From Chloroflexota bacterium (GTDB taxonomy: Bacteria; Chloroflexota; Dehalococcoidia; Lucifugimonadales; Australimonadaceae), in the NCBI GenBank assembly GCA_026713505.1, contig JAPOOH010000387.1, positions 1 through 38,356 on the forward strand: 38,356 nt of DNA. The letters are read 5' to 3'. This document shows positions 8,378-17,106 of this stretch, piece after piece. The position numbers were made by a program, and so were the translations under genes. The notes below the pieces were generated by a model. The model was given only the letters and a program-made list of their open reading frames with translations. It had not been told where the DNA came from and made no database searches. Every line of letters starts with the position of its first letter. Within the stretch, counting starts at the first letter, position 1.

Positions 8378-9607
8378 GTGCATCGGGCAGTGGAGCAAGC
8401 GAAGGTCTTTCCGATGGACAACAGTCTGCGCGGCGCGGCTGCGATAGTCGGAATAGGAGAGTTGAAACCGGAGCGTACCCGTCCCGGCAGGGATGCGATG
8501 AGCCTGCTGGCCGAAGCCGCGTACCTGGCTATCCAGGACGCCGGACTTACCAAGGCCGACATCGACGGAATGATCGTCGACCCGGAGTTGGCCGTAGGAA
8601 GTGGTGGGGGTTACGCGCCCCGGATGGCCGAGTACATGGGCATCTATCCCATCTGGGCGACAGGCTGCGACGCACAAGGCGCAGCAGGGGTTGCGATGGC
8701 GTTGCAGGCTGCCGCCTACGTCAACGCAGGCCTGGCCAGATACGTCCTGTGCGGTATGGGTGCGGCAGTAGACCCCGCGGTGCGCCGCAGGCCTGCAGCC
8801 GGGGGACGGACCGAAACCGCGACTACGGAGTTCCAGGTGCCCTTTGGTCCCACAGTCGGGGCGAATGGCTGGTACGCCATGATCGCCAAGCGGTACGAGG
8901 CGCTGTACGGGGCCACCGTGGAGAAGCGCGCGAAGGTATCCGTCGATTTCCGCTACAACGCCAACCACAACCCCATGGCGATCTTCCACGACGTACCCAT
9001 CACGATGGACGACGTGGTGAACTCCCGCATCGTCGCTGACCCGCTTCATCTGCTGGAGTGCGTGATGCCCTGCGCCGGGGGATGCGCCTTTGTGGTTACC
9101 AGTGCGGAGATCGCGCAGAGTCTGCCTCACGAACCGGCCTACATCCTCGGCGGCGGTCTTGGGATACTGCGGGGTAACCTGACGCATGTCGGGGAGATAA
9201 CGGTCAGCCCCGTTGGACGCGGAGCTAGAAAGGCATTCTCCATGGCAGGCTACGGGCCGTCCGATGTCCAGGTGATGGAAATATACGACTCGTTCACCAT
9301 CACCGTGATGTGCGAATTGGAGGAGTCCGGGTTCTGCAGGAAAGGCGAGGCCGCGGACTGGATACAGGGGCACGACCTCACCTTCAAGGGTGACAAGCCG
9401 ATGAACACGCATGGAGGCCAACTGTCCTACGGTCAGGCCTCGACGGCAGGAGGCTGCGCCCAGGTCACGGAGGCCGTAAGACAGATCAGGCGGGACGGCG
9501 GCGAGCATCAGGTGCCTGGGCCAACTGACCTGATTTACGTCACTGGTTCGGGCGGCGCGTTCTCCCAGCAGTCCGCGATGCTGCTCGGCAGCAAGGCAAC
9601 GCTGTAG
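8378..9607 (+). CDS. SCP2/SCPx-type thiolase-like protein with non-canonical catalytic fingerprints
   Basis: 409-aa ORF (GTG at 8378). The more likely start is ATG 8414 (MDNSLRGAAAIVGIGE, GAAGG 8 nt upstream). The C-terminal region aligns without gaps to the SCPx pattern [20 protein letters not shown]...QLR...QVPG as NTHGGQLSYGQASTAGGCAQ...QIR...QVPG. Confidence 0.85.
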   Translation: MHRAVEQAKVFPMDNSLRGAAAIVGIGELKPERTRPGRDAMSLLAEAAYLAIQDAGLTKADIDGMIVDPELAVGSGGGYAPRMAEYMGIYPIWATGCDAQGAAGVAMALQAAAYVNAGLARYVLCGMGAAVDPAVRRRPAAGGRTETATTEFQVPFGPTVGANGWYAMIAKRYEALYGATVEKRAKVSVDFRYNANHNPMAIFHDVPITMDDVVNSRIVADPLHLLECVMPCAGGCAFVVTSAEIAQSLPHEPAYILGGGLGILRGNLTHVGEITVSPVGRGARKAFSMAGYGPSDVQVMEIYDSFTITVMCELEESGFCRKGEAADWIQGHDLTFKGDKPMNTHGGQLSYGQASTAGGCAQVTEAVRQIRRDGGEHQVPGPTDLIYVTGSGGAFSQQSAMLLGSKATL

Positions 9608-9622
9608 CAGCGAGCGAAGCGA

Positions 9623-10057
9623 GTGCACATGACTACCGATGCCGAATACAAAAAGCCGTTGCCTACCCCCAGCGCCGTGAGCCAGCCCTTCTGGGATGCC
9701 GCCAGGGAGCACCGGCTCCTGTACCAACGCTGCCGGTTATGCGGCACACGGGTGTTCTACCCGCGCGACATCTGTCCGGGCCCACAGTGTTTCGGCGTCG
9801 GTACGTTGGAATGGGTGGAGTCTACCGGCAACGGGTGGGTGTACTCCTACACCGTCTCCTACCAGCCGGCGCACCCGGGGTTCGCTGACGACGTCCCCTA
9901 CGTGCTGGCCATCGTGGAACTGGACGAGGGATGGCGGATGAACACGAACATCGTCAACTCCGAGCACGACAGCATCGAGGTCGGAGCGCGAGTTGAAGTG
10001 GTCTGGGACGACGTTACGCCGGAGTTCACGCTGCCAAAGTTCCAACTCAAGGGCTGA
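9623..10057 (+). CDS. DUF35 protein (rubredoxin-like zinc ribbon plus OB-fold), partner of thiolase-like enzymes
   Basis: 144-aa ORF (GTG 9623; ATG at 9629). It has FWDAAREHRLLYQRCRLCGTRVFYPRDICPGPQC (CxxC...CxxxxC ribbon) followed by an OB-fold-like PYVLAIVELDEGWRMNTNIV...GARVEVVWDD...LPKF. It lies 16 nt downstream of the thiolase-like gene. Confidence 0.85.
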   Translation: MHMTTDAEYKKPLPTPSAVSQPFWDAAREHRLLYQRCRLCGTRVFYPRDICPGPQCFGVGTLEWVESTGNGWVYSYTVSYQPAHPGFADDVPYVLAIVELDEGWRMNTNIVNSEHDSIEVGARVEVVWDDVTPEFTLPKFQLKG

Positions 10058-10125
10058 CTACCGCCGGGCAGGCGTGCGACCAGTACTGGGCTTTCTCGTC
10101 GACAAGATACGGAAGGAGTTGACGT

Positions 10126-12498
10126 ATGGCGCAGGAGCAGACCGCTCTGGGGACATTCCGGATCCTCGACCTTGCACAGGGGCTGGGCCAGTACGCGACC
10201 AGGCTTCTCGCAGACCTCGGTGCTGAAGTGGTCCGCGTTGAGCCTCCGAACGGCGGAACTGCGCGGAGGGCATCACCCTTCGCGGGCGATCTGCCCGGGC
10301 CCAACCGAAGCCTCGCCTTCCTACATCTCAATGCCAACAAGCGGAGCGTCGTCCTCGACGTGGAAGACGAGGACGACCGCACCAGGCTGCTCCACCTCGC
10401 GTCTGGCGCGGACGCGTTGGTGGAAGACTTCTCACCCGGCTACCTGGAAGAGTTGGGGCTCGGCTACCCGCAGATCCAGGACGCGAACCCGGCGGTCGTC
10501 TACACCTCCGTCACGCCGTTCGGACAGGTGGGCCCCCATGCAAGGATGCAGGGCAGCGACCTGATCGCGCAGGCGATGTCCGACTGGTTGTGGAACGTTG
10601 GCGACGAGGGAGACCACCCCTGTGCGGCACCGGGCGACCCCGGCATGCACATCGGCGGCACCCACGGTGCGCTGGGCACGCTCCTGGCCCTGTACGCCCG
10701 ACGACGAACTGGCAGAGGGCAGCATGTGGACGTATCGGTCCAGGAGGCGATGACCGCATCGGCATCGTCATTCCCCATCGGACGCTTTTCGGCTGCTACC
10801 CAGATCATGCGCCGGATGGGTTCCGACACCAATGCCGCGGGGGTCAATTGCTATCCGTGCTCGGACGGGTATGCGCAGATGAACATCCACTTCGCGCAAC
10901 TGTGGCAGAAACTGGTTGAGTGGATAGACCATCCCGTGCTGAAGGACCCCTACTGGCTGAGCATAGAGGCCCGGAGCGAAAGCGCTGACGTGGCTGAAGA
11001 GATCATCAAGGAGTTCACCGCCTCAATGACCACCGAGGAATTCGTGAGCGGAGGGCGGAGCCGGGGGCTGCCCGTCGCTCCGGTGAACACGTTTTCCGAT
11101 GTGCGGCGCAGCCCGGTGCTCCTGGGACGCAACTGGTTCAAGGACGTCGTCCACCCGGAACTGCGAGAGATCAGTATGCCCGGGTTCCCATGGACGATGA
11201 GCGCGACGCCTCCTCGATACTTCCGGTCAGGCCCTCTCCTCGGTGAGCATACTGAAGACGTGTTGCAGGCGGCCGGGACCGACGCCCACCGACCAGTAGC
11301 AGGAGTCGAGCGACAGGAAGGCCCGCCGCTGAAGGGGGTTCGCGTCATCGACCTGACGCGGGCATGGGCCGGACCGTTCTGCACTCGATTGCTTGCCGAC
11401 TACGGTGCCGAGGTCATCAAGATCGAGTCTGGAAAGTTCGACACGCAGCGTGAGGGACGCGCCGGGACGTACACAGAGCTCAACCGCAACAAGGTGAGCA
11501 TCACTATCGACCTTCACCACCCGGAGGGGCAGGCACTCGTCAAACGTCTGGCAGAGCAGAGCGACGTCCTGGTGAACAACTACCGCCCGGGGACGCTGGA
11601 GCGGTTCAACCTCGGCTACGAGGACCTCCGCAAGGTCAACCCGAACATCATCGTCCTAAGCATGCCGGGCTACGGCAGCACCGGACCAGGGCGGCTGTTC
11701 GCATCTCACGGAGCGCAGCTCATGGCCGACTCTGGCATGTACTACATCTGGGGCCAACCGCACACACCCGTGGAACGACGTGGAAGGGCAGCCATCCCCG
11801 ACTTCCTTGGAGGCGCACAGGGCGCCCTGGCCGTGACGGCCGCCCTTCATGCCAGGGACACCATCGGGGCCGGGCAGGAGATCGAGATTGCCCAACTGGA
11901 AGCACTTGTCGCTGCGCTTGGCGTTGGGCTGCTGGATTCCTCCGTCAACAGCCGTGACTGGGAACCTTCCGGCAACAGGAAGACCGACGCCGCGCCCTAC
12001 GATGTCTACGCCTGCCGAGGGCGCGATGCCTACTGCGCCATCACGTGTGTTACCGATGACCAATGGGAAGCACTCTGCCGCGCCATGGGCGCCGCTCACC
12101 TGGCGAACGATGCGCGCTTCGGAAGCCTGGCGGACCGGACAGAGAACGCCGATGCGCTGGACGAGATCATCACGGCGTGGACCAGCGACCTCACTCCGAG
12201 GCAGGTGATGTATCTGCTGCAGAAAGAAGGCGCACCCGCCGCAGTGGTGCAGACGGGCGAGGACGTGTACTTCGACGTCCACCTCCGCGAACGCGGCTTC
12301 GTCGTCCCGGTTGACGACCCGGAATCAGGCCCCATGGCTGTCACCGGGCTTTCGATTCACCTTTCGGAGACCCCCGGACGGCGGGAGATGGCTGGAAGGC
12401 CGGTGTTCGGTGGCGCGAACGACTACGTGTTCGGCACCTTGCTCAAGCTGACTTCAGAGGAGCGGCGAAGGCTCGAAGAGGCCGAGGCCATAGCTTGA
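10126..12498 (+). CDS. Fused tandem family III (CaiB/BaiF) CoA-transferase, two complete domains in one 790-aa polypeptide
   Basis: Two N-terminal signature segments are present: FRILDLAQGLGQYATRLLADLGAEVVRVEPP (aa 11-41) and VRVIDLTRAWAGPFCTRLLADYGAEVIKIES (aa 405-435). Each is followed by a full-length CaiB-like domain, and a linker spans about aa 386-402. GGAAGGAG lies 8 nt upstream of the ATG. Confidence 0.85.
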   Translation: MAQEQTALGTFRILDLAQGLGQYATRLLADLGAEVVRVEPPNGGTARRASPFAGDLPGPNRSLAFLHLNANKRSVVLDVEDEDDRTRLLHLASGADALVEDFSPGYLEELGLGYPQIQDANPAVVYTSVTPFGQVGPHARMQGSDLIAQAMSDWLWNVGDEGDHPCAAPGDPGMHIGGTHGALGTLLALYARRRTGRGQHVDVSVQEAMTASASSFPIGRFSAATQIMRRMGSDTNAAGVNCYPCSDGYAQMNIHFAQLWQKLVEWIDHPVLKDPYWLSIEARSESADVAEEIIKEFTASMTTEEFVSGGRSRGLPVAPVNTFSDVRRSPVLLGRNWFKDVVHPELREISMPGFPWTMSATPPRYFRSGPLLGEHTEDVLQAAGTDAHRPVAGVERQEGPPLKGVRVIDLTRAWAGPFCTRLLADYGAEVIKIESGKFDTQREGRAGTYTELNRNKVSITIDLHHPEGQALVKRLAEQSDVLVNNYRPGTLERFNLGYEDLRKVNPNIIVLSMPGYGSTGPGRLFASHGAQLMADSGMYYIWGQPHTPVERRGRAAIPDFLGGAQGALAVTAALHARDTIGAGQEIEIAQLEALVAALGVGLLDSSVNSRDWEPSGNRKTDAAPYDVYACRGRDAYCAITCVTDDQWEALCRAMGAAHLANDARFGSLADRTENADALDEIITAWTSDLTPRQVMYLLQKEGAPAAVVQTGEDVYFDVHLRERGFVVPVDDPESGPMAVTGLSIHLSETPGRREMAGRPVFGGANDYVFGTLLKLTSEERRRLEEAEAIA

Positions 12499-12535
12499 TC
12501 TCCCGCGCGCAGGGCCAGGAGGGAACAGAACTCCC

Positions 12536-13636
12536 ATGAAGATCACCAGCGTCGAACCCATCCTTGTTGCACTGCCCTACGAGCACGGCGCCCCTAAGCC
12601 GGACATGGGTGGCACCGGCCAACGACGTGAGATGCAGGACGCCCTCTTCGTAAAGGTCGAAACGGACGAAGGGATCACAGGTTGGGGAGAAGCGTTCAGT
12701 TTCGCAACTGTGCCAGTGACGGTCCCAGCCATCGAGCGCGCGATAGGACCGCTTGCAGTGGGACAGGACCCTACCGACATCGAGGGTGTCAGCGAGGACA
12801 TCAAGCGGCGCTGTCAGAACATGATGCGCGGTGGACCAGCCCGATTTGCGCTCTCAGGGATAGAGATCGCCATGTGGGACATACTGGGCAAAGTGAACAA
12901 CAAGCCGGTCTGGCAGATGCTGGGAGGAACCCCCAAGGACACCGTTGAGGCATACGCCAGCCTGTTCCGCCTGCACGAGCCGGCAACCGTTTACCGCATC
13001 GTGTCGAGGGCCCATGAGCGCGGGTACAGGAAGGTGAAACTGCACGAACGAACGGTCGAAGCCGTAGCCGCCGCCCGCGATGCATTGGGGCCGGGTGTGC
13101 CGTTGATGGTGGACACGAACTGCGCGTGGTACCCCGACGAGGCCGTCGCGATGGCGAAGCGGATGCACCCCTACGACATCGCCTGGCTGGAGGAGCCGGT
13201 CTCGCCGCCCGACGACTACGATGGCCTCGCTCGCGTCCGCCGCGAGGGAGGAGTGCCCATCGCCAACGGCGAGAACATCGGAAACCCGTACGACGTGAGG
13301 TGGATGGCCGCACGCGAAGCCGTAGACATCGTCCAGCCGTCCGTGGTGAAACACGGAGGCATCGCCGACGTCATGCGCATGGTTGAGATTGCCGAGTCCG
13401 CGGGGATGCGAGCCGTGCCGCATTGCCCGTTCGTCGGGCCAGGGCTGCTGGCAACGATCCACATCGTCGCTGCCATGCAGAACGAGGTGCCATGCGAGCA
13501 CCGCTACTGTGACCTGCTGGCCAGTCCGATGGGCGATGCCGTCGTGGCGAAGGACGGCCGTCTGAGCGTGCCAACCGGTCCCGGTCTCGGCGTCGACCCT
13601 GACCCGGAGGTCCTCGAACGATATCGGGTGGCGTGA
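12536..13636 (+). CDS. Enolase-superfamily enzyme (mandelate racemase / muconate lactonizing enzyme family, MR-subgroup-like)
   Basis: 366-aa ORF with a KxK motif (YRKVKLH) and metal ligands in MVDTNCAW, WLEEP and ANGENI. A candidate His base lies in RAVPHCPF. Confidence 0.85.
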   Translation: MKITSVEPILVALPYEHGAPKPDMGGTGQRREMQDALFVKVETDEGITGWGEAFSFATVPVTVPAIERAIGPLAVGQDPTDIEGVSEDIKRRCQNMMRGGPARFALSGIEIAMWDILGKVNNKPVWQMLGGTPKDTVEAYASLFRLHEPATVYRIVSRAHERGYRKVKLHERTVEAVAAARDALGPGVPLMVDTNCAWYPDEAVAMAKRMHPYDIAWLEEPVSPPDDYDGLARVRREGGVPIANGENIGNPYDVRWMAAREAVDIVQPSVVKHGGIADVMRMVEIAESAGMRAVPHCPFVGPGLLATIHIVAAMQNEVPCEHRYCDLLASPMGDAVVAKDGRLSVPTGPGLGVDPDPEVLERYRVA

Positions 13637-13667
13637 AGCGCTCGATGCGCGCGCGACCTCGCTTCAC
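13633..13667. terminator. Inverted repeat at the convergent junction (possible bidirectional terminator)
   Basis: GTGAAGCG (13633-13640) and CGCTTCAC (13660-13667) form an 8-bp stem with a 19-nt GC-rich loop. The TGA of the enolase-family gene (13634-13636) and the stop of the cupin gene (13664-13666) lie inside the two arms. There is no U-tract. Confidence 0.3.
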
Positions 13668-14035
13668 TCCGCACTCTCTGCGCGGCTCGGTCCGACACGG
13701 ACATCCCCGGTGTTGGGGTCGCTCGCCCCGACGTGCAGGATCCGCAGCGGTTCCTCGCCTGAACTCGCGAACCAGTACCTGAACCCGTGTGGGATCAGGA
13801 TGCCTTCGTCCTTGCCCAGCTCCGCCAGGACAACGTCGCCCTCGCTGTAGAACCTCACCCTGCCCTCCAGGACCAGGAAGAAACCATCACTGGATGTATG
13901 GCTGTGCAGCCTGTTCTCTCCCCCCTCCTTCACCAGTTGCATGTCCGCCGCAAGGCGGTCAGTCCTGCAGAGCATGGTGAGGTTCTTTGACCGATCATTG
14001 GACGGCACCTCGTAGCGAAACACCTGTGGTTCCAA
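13664..14035 (-). CDS. Cupin domain protein
   Basis: 123-aa ORF with a TTG start and GAGGAGG 8 nt upstream. The cupin motifs are GENRLHSHTSSDGFFLVLEGRVRFY and ILIPHGFRYWF. Confidence 0.7.
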   Translation of the reverse strand: MEPQVFRYEVPSNDRSKNLTMLCRTDRLAADMQLVKEGGENRLHSHTSSDGFFLVLEGRVRFYSEGDVVLAELGKDEGILIPHGFRYWFASSGEEPLRILHVGASDPNTGDVRVGPSRAESAE

Positions 14036-14109
14036 GACGACTACCTCCTCAACAGGATGGGGCCAGGCACTCAGGTTGCCAGCCTATCGCACGCACTGAT
14101 GAGCGCGGG

Positions 14110-15027
14110 CTACGTCGCGTCAACCTCATCCAGGAAGGCCAGCACGGCCTCCTCGAACGCTATCGGGTTGTCGCCGGGAACGCGATGCCCCGCGTTCGCG
14201 ACTTCTACGAGCCGGCTGTTGCCGTTGCGCTCCAGCATCCGCTCTGCAACCTCGCTGCTCAGCACGTCGCTCTGCTGCCCACGAACGATGAGCGTGGGGC
14301 AGGCGATACGCTCCCAGAGCTCCCAGCGGGACGCGGAGTCCTCCCTCACACCCTGACGTTGAGCGCGACGGGCCGGGTCTCTGAGGACAGGGTCATACTT
14401 CCACGTCCATTTCCCATCGGGGCGCTGCATGAGGCTGTGCCGCAGGGAGCCTCTGATCTGCCACTCCGGGCGGAAGGGGCTGTACTCAATAACACGCTGG
14501 ACGAACTCCTCGTACGTGTCCAGGACGTCCTTCTGGACGACGAAGTTATTGACGGCTCGTTCGCCGCCCCGGGCAGGCTCCGGGCCTACGTCAACAACGA
14601 CCAACGCCTTGACCCTGTCCGGATGGGTGGCTGCATAGGCCACCGAGTTACTGCCACCCATCGACAGCCCGATAAGGACAAATCTCTCCATACCGAGGTG
14701 GTCTACGAAGCTCCCCACGTCCCCGACGTAGGACGTCCGGTCGTACTCCCCGTCTGGCGCCCACGCGCTGTCGCCGTGGCCGCGCTGATCGAGAGCGATG
14801 ACACGATAGCGAGTGCACAACGCCAGGGCGGTGAAGTCCCACATGTGAGCGTTCTGGGCGGCGCCATGCAGGCACAGGAGCCAGGGCTTGTCTTCGCTGC
14901 CCCAGTCCAGGTAGTGGAGTCGGATGCCGATGTCTGCGTAGCGGCTGACGGGCAACCTGTGGTCCGCGATCGTGACTCCCACGGTGGCTGCTGCTTCATG
15001 CAGTGACAATTCGTTGCGTGTCGTCAA
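14110..15027 (-). CDS. Alpha/beta-fold hydrolase
   Basis: 305-aa ORF with a TTG start and GGAGGA upstream. It has the oxyanion segment LCLHGAAQNAHMW, the nucleophile elbow LIGLSMGG (GxSxG) and a C-terminal AGHRVPGDNP (catalytic His). Confidence 0.8.
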   Translation of the reverse strand: MTTRNELSLHEAAATVGVTIADHRLPVSRYADIGIRLHYLDWGSEDKPWLLCLHGAAQNAHMWDFTALALCTRYRVIALDQRGHGDSAWAPDGEYDRTSYVGDVGSFVDHLGMERFVLIGLSMGGSNSVAYAATHPDRVKALVVVDVGPEPARGGERAVNNFVVQKDVLDTYEEFVQRVIEYSPFRPEWQIRGSLRHSLMQRPDGKWTWKYDPVLRDPARRAQRQGVREDSASRWELWERIACPTLIVRGQQSDVLSSEVAERMLERNGNSRLVEVANAGHRVPGDNPIAFEEAVLAFLDEVDAT

Positions 15028-15066
15028 TTTGTCCTCCGGCGGGGCCTCTCGTGGTCGGCTCCGGCC

Positions 15067-15843
15067 TCAGCGTCCCTTGAATTCAGGCTTTCGCTTCTCG
15101 GCAAACGCCTGCAGCCCTTCCTGGGCATCTTCGGTGCCGCGGCCTATGTGTCCCAGCAATTCCGACATGCGGATGGCGTCCCTGAAGGACATCTCACGCG
15201 ACCTGTAGACGATCTCCTTGACCGCTTTCACGGCAAGGGGAGGGCTGGCCGCGATACGGTTGGCGAGATCGAATGCGGCTTCCAGCAGTTCGTCCTGCGG
15301 CACGACTCGATTCACCAGGCCCCACTGAAGCGCCTGATCGGCCTTGACCCGGTCACCGGTGAGGAGCATCTCCAGCGCCGCGCCCAGCGGAATAAGACCG
15401 GGGAGGCGCTGGGGCGCACCCATGCCGGGAGGAAACCCATACTTAATCTCAGGGATGCCGAACTCCGCATTCTCTGAGGCGATGCGTATATCGCAGGCGA
15501 GCGCCAGCATGCAGCCGCCCCCGATGGCATAGCCGTTTACGGCGGCGATGATGGGTTTTCGCAGTTCCAAACCGTTGATGATGGTGAGGGGGCTCGGGTC
15601 CCAAACAGAACTCGGTCCTCCTACACGACCGGACCGGGCAGCGTTCTTGAGGTTCCCACCCGCAGAGAAGGCCCGCTCGCCAGCCCCCGTTATGATGGCG
15701 CAGCGGAGTTCGTCGTCTGCCGCGTAGTCAGCCAGGCGATCGTACAGCAGTTCCGTGGTCATCCCCAGGTTGAGGTCGTTGTCGCCCTCCATCGTGAGGA
15801 GTGCAACGTACCCGTGCTTCTCATAGTGGACCTCGGCCATCAC
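15067..15843 (-). CDS. Enoyl-CoA hydratase/isomerase (crotonase superfamily)
   Basis: 258-aa ORF (GTG 15843 or ATG 15840). It shows the crotonase pattern AIITGAGERAFSAGGNLK ... PIIAAVNGYAIGGGCMLALACDIRIASENAEFGIPEIKYGFPPGMG. Confidence 0.9.
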   Translation of the reverse strand: MMAEVHYEKHGYVALLTMEGDNDLNLGMTTELLYDRLADYAADDELRCAIITGAGERAFSAGGNLKNAARSGRVGGPSSVWDPSPLTIINGLELRKPIIAAVNGYAIGGGCMLALACDIRIASENAEFGIPEIKYGFPPGMGAPQRLPGLIPLGAALEMLLTGDRVKADQALQWGLVNRVVPQDELLEAAFDLANRIAASPPLAVKAVKEIVYRSREMSFRDAIRMSELLGHIGRGTEDAQEGLQAFAEKRKPEFKGR

Positions 15844-15885
15844 GGCACCTGCTTTCGTCGGTGGTCGGCGTACGCTGAGTTGGGG

Positions 15886-17046
15886 CTAGACCACGCCTGC
15901 GGTGCGCAGCCCTTCGACCTCTTCGGTTGAGTAACCCAGACCACTCAGCACCTGGTCCGTATGCTCACCCAGCAGAGGAGGCGGCCGGTGTTCCACAGGG
16001 TCAACCCCCGACATGGTGAATGGAGGAGCGAACGAGAGCACAGGCCCCATCTCGGGATGGTTGACCCTGACGAACATGTTGTTCTCCACCATCTGGGGTT
16101 CGTAGAAGACCTCCTCACGCTCGAGCACCGGAGCGACGGGGACATCCGCCTCATCGAGCAGCTTGAGCCACTCCTTCGAGGGCCTGGTTTCGAACACTGC
16201 CTCGATAACCGGGTATATCTCCTCGCGGAATTCCCTTGTGCTGTTGTTGGGAAGCTTCGCCCGGGGGTCTTCTGCTATGTGCGGCAGGTCGAGCACCATG
16301 CATAAGCGGTAGAACTGCGCCGGACGGAGGGCGGTCACGTTGACGTAGACATCATCAGCACACCGGTAGATGCCGTAGGCAGGCATCTCAAGTTCGCGTA
16401 CGGGCTTGTCCGAGTTTTCGAACTTGACCAGGTTGGTCATCTGCATAGCTATCGCAGCGTGCAGGAGCGATGTCTCAATCAATTGTCCGCGTCCGGTCTT
16501 CTCGCGCTGGAGGAGTGCCAGCGTGATGGCGTAGCCCAGCAGCATCGGTATCGACGGGTCCGAGAGGAAAATACCCGTGCTCACCGGCACACCGTTCTCC
16601 CAACGCCGGTACTGTGCGCCTGAGAATCCCTGGGTCAGCCGGTCGTAGCCGGGTTTGCCTGCGTACGGGCCTCTACTGCCGTACGCACTGATAGATGCGT
16701 AGACGAGCCGGGGGTTGATCGCCTGGACCGATTCGTAGTCCACTCCGAGTTTCTTCGCTGCGGGGAGACGCATGTTTCCGATCAGGATGTCGGATGATTC
16801 GGCAAGTTTCCTGAATACATCCTTGCCTTCGGGAGCGGCCAGGTTCAACGTGAGGCTCTGCTTGTTCCGGTTCTGCACGACGTAACCCGTGCCGCCGTCG
16901 GAGGCCGGGTCGGCAGAAGCGGACCGAGGCGGGGGTTCCACCCTGATGACCTCGGCGCCCTGGTCGGCCAGGTAGACCGCCGTGCCTGGGCCGGCTATGC
17001 CCGTCGTGAGGTCGATTACCCTTATTCCATCGAGTGCGTGAGGCAT
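15886..17046 (-). CDS. Family III (CaiB/BaiF) CoA-transferase, canonical
   Basis: 386-aa ORF with IRVIDLTTGIAGPGTAVYLADQGAEVIRVEPP and the canonical catalytic context GKPGYDRLTQGFSG (GYD Asp). GGGGAGGAG lies 4 nt upstream of the ATG. Confidence 0.9.
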   Translation of the reverse strand: MPHALDGIRVIDLTTGIAGPGTAVYLADQGAEVIRVEPPPRSASADPASDGGTGYVVQNRNKQSLTLNLAAPEGKDVFRKLAESSDILIGNMRLPAAKKLGVDYESVQAINPRLVYASISAYGSRGPYAGKPGYDRLTQGFSGAQYRRWENGVPVSTGIFLSDPSIPMLLGYAITLALLQREKTGRGQLIETSLLHAAIAMQMTNLVKFENSDKPVRELEMPAYGIYRCADDVYVNVTALRPAQFYRLCMVLDLPHIAEDPRAKLPNNSTREFREEIYPVIEAVFETRPSKEWLKLLDEADVPVAPVLEREEVFYEPQMVENNMFVRVNHPEMGPVLSFAPPFTMSGVDPVEHRPPPLLGEHTDQVLSGLGYSTEEVEGLRTAGVV

Positions 17047-17106
17047 GGTCTCCTCCCCATCTGCAGCGCGCTCGGCAGTAGTACCCCGCGATGTGCCGCC
17101 GGACCC

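Noticed and set aside
8291-9727. Very long ORFs antisense to real genes. Examples: 478 aa opposite the thiolase-like gene, 34887-36131 (+, 414 aa) opposite dnaB, 29636-30652 (+) opposite the PPIase, 18131-19459 (+) opposite the CaiB and amidohydrolase genes, 13987-15006 (+), 3456-4451 (+), 22022-22813 (+) and 7216-8184 (+).
   Set aside because: These are typical shadow ORFs of GC-rich DNA. Their composition is Arg/Gly/Val/Asp/Pro-rich with no recognisable motifs and no ribosome-binding sites. Each is fully covered by an opposite-strand gene with clear family signatures.
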